From positions 10,717 to 74,716 of the forward strand of contig DASVCV010000012.1 of the NCBI GenBank assembly GCA_036381415.1: a stretch of DNA of 64,000 nt, written 5' to 3'. The position numbers and the translations under genes were made by a program. The stretch comes from Patescibacteria group bacterium. Lineage in GTDB: Bacteria > Patescibacteriota > Microgenomatia > UBA8517. A model generated the notes under the pieces. The model was not told the origin of the DNA, did not search any database, and worked only from the letters and a program-made list of their open reading frames with translations. Positions within the stretch are counted from its first letter, which is position 1. Each line of letters begins with the position of its first letter. This document shows positions 60,237-64,000 of this stretch, one piece after another.

Positions 60237-60902
60237 ATGAAAATACAAATACTAACTTTATTTCCTAACATGTTTGTTGGTCCTTTTGATGAATCAATAA
60301 TTAAAAGAGCAAAAGACAAAAAGCTAGTAAATATTGAAATAAAAGACTTAAGATCTTGGGGGTTAACTGAAAGAAAAACTGTAGATGATAGACCATATGG
60401 AGGTGGAGTTGGAATGGTCATGATGGTAGAACCTATCTACAATGCTTTAAAAGACCTAAAAACCAAAGATACTACAGTAATACTTCTTACTCCTCAAGGA
60501 AAAGTATTTAATCAAAGTATTGCAAAAGATCTATCTAAACAAAAAGATATTATTTTAATCTGCGGCCACTATGAAGGGTTTGATGAAAGAATAAGAAGTC
60601 TTGTTGATGAAGAAATATCAGTTGGAGACTTTGTACTAACAGGAGGAGAACTTCCTGCAATGCTTATTGCAGATACAATTGTAAGACTTATTCCAGGAGT
60701 GTTGGAAAAGGAAGATGCTGTAAAATTTGAATCTTTCTCAGATAATCTTCTTGAGTACCCTCAATACACTCGTCCTGAAGATTTTAAAGGAATGACAGTT
60801 CCCAAAGTTCTTCTTTCAGGCAATCACAAAGAAATTGAAAACTGGAGAAAAGAAGAGTCTCTCAAAAAAACAAAGAAAAATAGATCGGACCTTCTGAAAT
60901 GA
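60237..60902 (+). CDS. trmD: tRNA (guanine37-N1)-methyltransferase
   Basis: ILTLFP, VDDRPYGGGVGMV, LTPQG, CGHYEGFDER, SVGDFVLTGGE, EYPQYTRP, LLSGNH. Confidence 0.98.
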   Translation: MKIQILTLFPNMFVGPFDESIIKRAKDKKLVNIEIKDLRSWGLTERKTVDDRPYGGGVGMVMMVEPIYNALKDLKTKDTTVILLTPQGKVFNQSIAKDLSKQKDIILICGHYEGFDERIRSLVDEEISVGDFVLTGGELPAMLIADTIVRLIPGVLEKEDAVKFESFSDNLLEYPQYTRPEDFKGMTVPKVLLSGNHKEIENWRKEESLKKTKKNRSDLLK

Positions 60903-60903
60903 A

Positions 60904-61911
60904 CTATTTTTGCCCAGTCTTTGAATAAAGTTTTTCTGCTTTATTCTTCAATGGTCTCCACCACCACTCATTATCTTTATACCAATCAACAGTCTTTATC
61001 AGCCAATCAGAAAAGGTATATTTTGGTTTCCACCCCAACTCGGTTGTAATCTTTCTCCAATCAACAGCATATCTCCTATCATGCCCCTTCCTATCTTGAA
61101 CAAATTTTATCCATGATGAATCTTTCCTAAAAATACCAAGGAGCATATTAGCAACTTCTAAATTGCTAATATCTTTTGTTAAACCTCCAACAACATATGT
61201 TTCTCCTACTTTTCCTTTTTTTATAACCTTTTCAATCGCTCTCACATGGTCCTCTACATAGAGCCAATCTCGAATATTTAGCCCATCTCCATATACTGGC
61301 AGCTTTTGACCATCTATTAGATTAGTAATCAAACGTGGTAGGAATTTCTCTGGATCTTGGTATGGACCAAAATTGTTAGAACAATTGGTTATTGTCACAC
61401 CAAGTCCATATGTAAAAAAATAAGCTCTCACTAGATGATCAGCAGCAGCTTTACTTGCAGAATATGGACTTCTAGGATTATATAAAGTATTCTCATTAAA
61501 TTTCTTTTTAGAATTTAAATCTAAACTTCCAAAAATTTCATCAGTTCCCACAAAATGAAATCTCTTAACTTTATTCTGACATGCTGAGTCTAAAAGTATT
61601 TGAGTTCCCAAGACATTTGTTTTTATAAACACTCCAGGTCCAACAATAGATCTGTCAACATGACTTTCAGCAGCAAAGTGCACAACAATGTCTACACCTT
61701 TCATTGCCTTATCAACAATTTTTCGATCACAAATATCGCCTTTAATAAACAAATAACCTTTCTTCTTTGAAAAATCTTTCGTAGAAGTTAAATGTCCAGC
61801 ATATGTAAGCTTATCTAAATTAACAATCTTATCCTGAGGATATTTATCTAACCAATATCTAATAAAATTAGACCCTATAAACCCAGCCCCTCCTGTTACC
61901 AAAATCTTCAT
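60904..61911 (-). CDS. rfbB: dTDP-glucose 4,6-dehydratase
   Basis: VTGGAGFIGSNF, DKLTYAG, HFAAESHVDRSI, TDE.FG, PYSASKA, NCSNNFGPYQ.PEK, GHDRRYA. Confidence 0.95.
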   Translation of the reverse strand: MKILVTGGAGFIGSNFIRYWLDKYPQDKIVNLDKLTYAGHLTSTKDFSKKKGYLFIKGDICDRKIVDKAMKGVDIVVHFAAESHVDRSIVGPGVFIKTNVLGTQILLDSACQNKVKRFHFVGTDEIFGSLDLNSKKKFNENTLYNPRSPYSASKAAADHLVRAYFFTYGLGVTITNCSNNFGPYQDPEKFLPRLITNLIDGQKLPVYGDGLNIRDWLYVEDHVRAIEKVIKKGKVGETYVVGGLTKDISNLEVANMLLGIFRKDSSWIKFVQDRKGHDRRYAVDWRKITTELGWKPKYTFSDWLIKTVDWYKDNEWWWRPLKNKAEKLYSKTGQK

Positions 61912-62132
61912 TTATTGTTTTTGTGTTCTACTATTTTTACTTTGAAGACAAATTCATCGCCTGGTTTAATTTCTCCTAAATCAGAAACTTCTATCTCGTT
62001 AGACCCATTTTCCTGTGTGTGAATAAACAACTGATACCGATGTCCTTTTGAAGATAGTTTTCCATTAAGAGCTGTACCAAACTGTTCCGGGTCATACTCA
62101 ATTTCAATTGGAACTTCTTTAGGACCAGCCAT
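61908..62132 (-). CDS. Small hypothetical protein
   Basis: ATG 62132 (MAGPKEV...); stop overlaps the rfbB start; TATAAT 16 nt upstream. Confidence 0.55.
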   Translation of the reverse strand: MAGPKEVPIEIEYDPEQFGTALNGKLSSKGHRYQLFIHTQENGSNEIEVSDLGEIKPGDEFVFKVKIVEHKNNK

Positions 62133-62184
62133 ATTTACAGTAATATTTATTATACACGAGCTTGCAAGTCTCAAAAACTATAAG

Positions 62185-62688
62185 TTAGGTATGTTTGTCA
62201 GCTACAGATGAAGCTCCCCATGAATCAGGTTTCGTCTTTGCTACAAATCCATTTCCGCTTACCATTCCAACAACTTCCTTAATCATTTCCCTAGTTTTTC
62301 CTATTGGCCCTACATCAATATGAATCTCTAAATCATATTTAGCAGGAGTAACCTGGCTTCTAAGTGCTGGAACAAGCTCATGTGCAGTCTCAAGTGACCT
62401 TGTAGTCTCATTGTAGATTTTTTCCCTTAAAACAGGTGCCCTCATTACTTTATCTTTCTTCCAAAAATACCTTGCCCCTTTGCCTTTTCTGTGAATTACA
62501 ATAGCTGTTACAAAATCACACTCGCCTTTTCCATTGTTGTATTTAATCTGAGAGTCAGTTCCAATAACTAAGCTGTAGAAACTTCCTGGCTCTTCACTCA
62601 CAAAGTTAGAAATCTCTTTTAACATTTTTCTCACAGTCAAACTCCCTTTGGAAGGGCTATAAAATCCATTTTTGTCTAAATCAACCAT
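62185..62688 (-). CDS. Ribonuclease H-like YkuK/DUF458 family protein
   Basis: LVIGTDSQ, FVTAIVIHR.G.G, IY.E...S, EIHIDVG..G.T, KPDSWGASSVADKHT. Confidence 0.85.
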   Translation of the reverse strand: MVDLDKNGFYSPSKGSLTVRKMLKEISNFVSEEPGSFYSLVIGTDSQIKYNNGKGECDFVTAIVIHRKGKGARYFWKKDKVMRAPVLREKIYNETTRSLETAHELVPALRSQVTPAKYDLEIHIDVGPIGKTREMIKEVVGMVSGNGFVAKTKPDSWGASSVADKHT

Positions 62689-62693
62689 GCCTA

Positions 62694-62702
62694 ATTATAC
62701 CA
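62694..62702 (-). promoter_or_regulatory. Extended -10 promoter (TGGTATAAT), leaderless type
   Basis: Minus strand TGG-TATAAT, 5 nt, ATG at 62688. Confidence 0.6.
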
Positions 62703-62732
62703 TGGTTTGAAGCTAAAAATGCCCTCTCGGAG

Positions 62733-63002
62733 TTACCTTAAAAGTAGAGTCACTCCAATTACAAAACCAAGCAATGCAAAGGCTAAATACTCAATTATCA
62801 CTGCAATTGTTAAATCATCATGAATAAGGTGGTGCACCACTCCCCAGGTAACATAGGCACTCGCCGCTGCTGCAAGTGCTGAAACCTGCACAGCTTTGTT
62901 AAATGAAAACAGTACAAAAATAACAGCAGTAATTAAAAACACCCCATATAAAGAGGCAATATGTGGAAGGTGTTTAATAGCTCTTTCAAAACTTTTTGTC
63001 AT
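62733..63002 (-). CDS. Small three-TM hypothetical membrane protein
   Basis: 89 aa, hydrophobic, Y..WG..HH...DL....IEY pattern. Confidence 0.7.
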   Translation of the reverse strand: MTKSFERAIKHLPHIASLYGVFLITAVIFVLFSFNKAVQVSALAAAASAYVTWGVVHHLIHDDLTIAVIIEYLAFALLGFVIGVTLLLR

Positions 63003-63030
63003 AAGTAAAACTTATACTTAACTTTGTTAA

Positions 63031-63939
63031 TCATAGTATTTGTCCTACCTTAGCAATAATTAGTATTGCCAAAATCATCCCCAAAAAGGCAAAGTGTGCG
63101 TAAGCTCTTCCTCCTGCTCTTACCAGTCTTTTCTTCTCAATAACAAAGGTATCAACTACCAAAGCTATAATTAAAACTGAAATTACTCCTAAAGATATGC
63201 TTCTAGTTATGTTAAATGGTGAAACCTGAAGTTGAGGTGAAGTAGCAGCAACTGCTGGTGTTGCAGTAGGCAAGACAGTTGGGTTAACAGTTGGAAGTGG
63301 CGTTGCAGCCTTTACTTGTCCAACAATAGGAGCAACTGTTGGTTCAGCTTTTGCAACAGGTTGTACTGGAATGGTATCAGCCATTTTAGTTCCAAAAAAC
63401 TGAACTATTATGGTAGTATCTACTCCCGCTAGTTTTCCATCTACTACTCCAATTCCTATTTCTCTGTATTTGCTGGATAGCATATTCTCCCTGTGTGAGG
63501 AAGAGGCCATCCATGCATCCACCGCACTTGCTGGATCTGAAAAATCTCTTGCCAAATTTTCTCCAGCGTATCTATAGTCATACCCAAAATCTCCAAAAAA
63601 CTTCCATGGTTGTATTCCATCAGGTGAAACATGAGCCCAATAGCCTTTATTAATCATGTCAGTTCCCTTAGCAAGAGCAGCCTGATCAAGAGTTTTATTC
63701 TCAACTAGAGGAGAAAGTCCATTTTCTTGTCTTTTTAAATTAGTAAGTCTAATTACTTCACTTGGAGATATGTTTGCTGCAAATCCTAAAACCAGTCCCT
63801 TTTTTGCAGCAAAATTAACAGCGATCTGAACAGAAAGTAGTGTAAGTACTATGAAAAAAATGGATGTGGAATGAAGGATTTTAGCCTTGTGTCCATTAGA
63901 ATGTCTGGGTATAAAAAAGTGAGCAGGATTAAGGTTCAT
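63031..63939 (-). CDS. Membrane-anchored CAP/SCP-domain protein with Pro/Thr/Ala-rich linker
   Basis: LTN..R..NGL, DM...YWAHVSPDG, AGENLA, WMASSSHRENML, IGIG, VQFFG; N-terminal TM and two C-terminal TM segments. Confidence 0.9.
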   Translation of the reverse strand: MNLNPAHFFIPRHSNGHKAKILHSTSIFFIVLTLLSVQIAVNFAAKKGLVLGFAANISPSEVIRLTNLKRQENGLSPLVENKTLDQAALAKGTDMINKGYWAHVSPDGIQPWKFFGDFGYDYRYAGENLARDFSDPASAVDAWMASSSHRENMLSSKYREIGIGVVDGKLAGVDTTIIVQFFGTKMADTIPVQPVAKAEPTVAPIVGQVKAATPLPTVNPTVLPTATPAVAATSPQLQVSPFNITRSISLGVISVLIIALVVDTFVIEKKRLVRAGGRAYAHFAFLGMILAILIIAKVGQIL

Positions 63940-64000
63940 TGCTCACTCATTATCTATTTGATTGCACTTTCAGTCAACAGGATCAGCATATACCACCAAC

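Noticed and set aside
1492-60421. Many 60-142 aa ORFs antisense to or nested within long genes (e.g. 2815-3243, 8562-8885, 55638-55976, 56510-56812, 60230-60421)
   Set aside because: They lie inside well-supported genes, carry no recognisable motifs, and look like shadow ORFs.
62185-62688. RNase H-like fold as a possible transposase or mobile element
   Set aside because: Motifs match the YkuK/DUF458 family; no terminal repeats or target duplications seen.
63954-64000. Possible 3' end of an upstream minus-strand gene (...WWYMLILLTESAIK-stop)
   Set aside because: Only about 15 codons are visible, too little to call a feature.
1-64000. Alternative genetic code (TGA=Gly, as in Gracilibacteria/Absconditabacteria)
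   Set aside because: Conserved genes are full length under code 11 and TGA ends genes at expected positions (trmD, several ATGA overlaps).

Overview
AT-rich, very gene-dense bacterial DNA read with code 11 (TGA is used as a stop). Almost all genes are on the minus strand, and the + strand looks C-rich and G-poor by eye. About 60 kb is one surface-glycosylation locus. It holds about 22 genes for multi-pass GT-C-fold (lipid-phosphate-sugar-dependent) glycosyltransferases or derivatives, of at least six subtypes. It also holds 12 GT2 domains (five of polyprenol-phosphate-sugar synthase type), 4 GT4, 2 Wzx-type flippases, 4 nucleotide-sugar SDR enzymes (including a plant-like GDP-mannose 3,5-epimerase and RmlB) and 3 methyltransferase domains. 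Housekeeping or other genes (NrnA-like DHH, DUF35, Yip1, trmD, YkuK-like, CAP domain) are interspersed or lie at the right end. Gene content, compaction and -10-only promoters suggest a Patescibacteria/CPR (Microgenomates-like) genome; this is inference. I saw no rRNA, tRNA, CRISPR, IS or integrase. Four observations stand out: (1) the size and subtype diversity of the GT-C array; (2) two pairs in which a GT-C derivative lacking the catalytic motif keeps a loop that its intact downstream partner has lost; (3) a double GT-C fusion with an A10 tract in the inter-domain linker; (4) leaderless-type promoters, including a symmetric 20-bp bidirectional one. All family calls come from motifs read by eye; no database searches were run.
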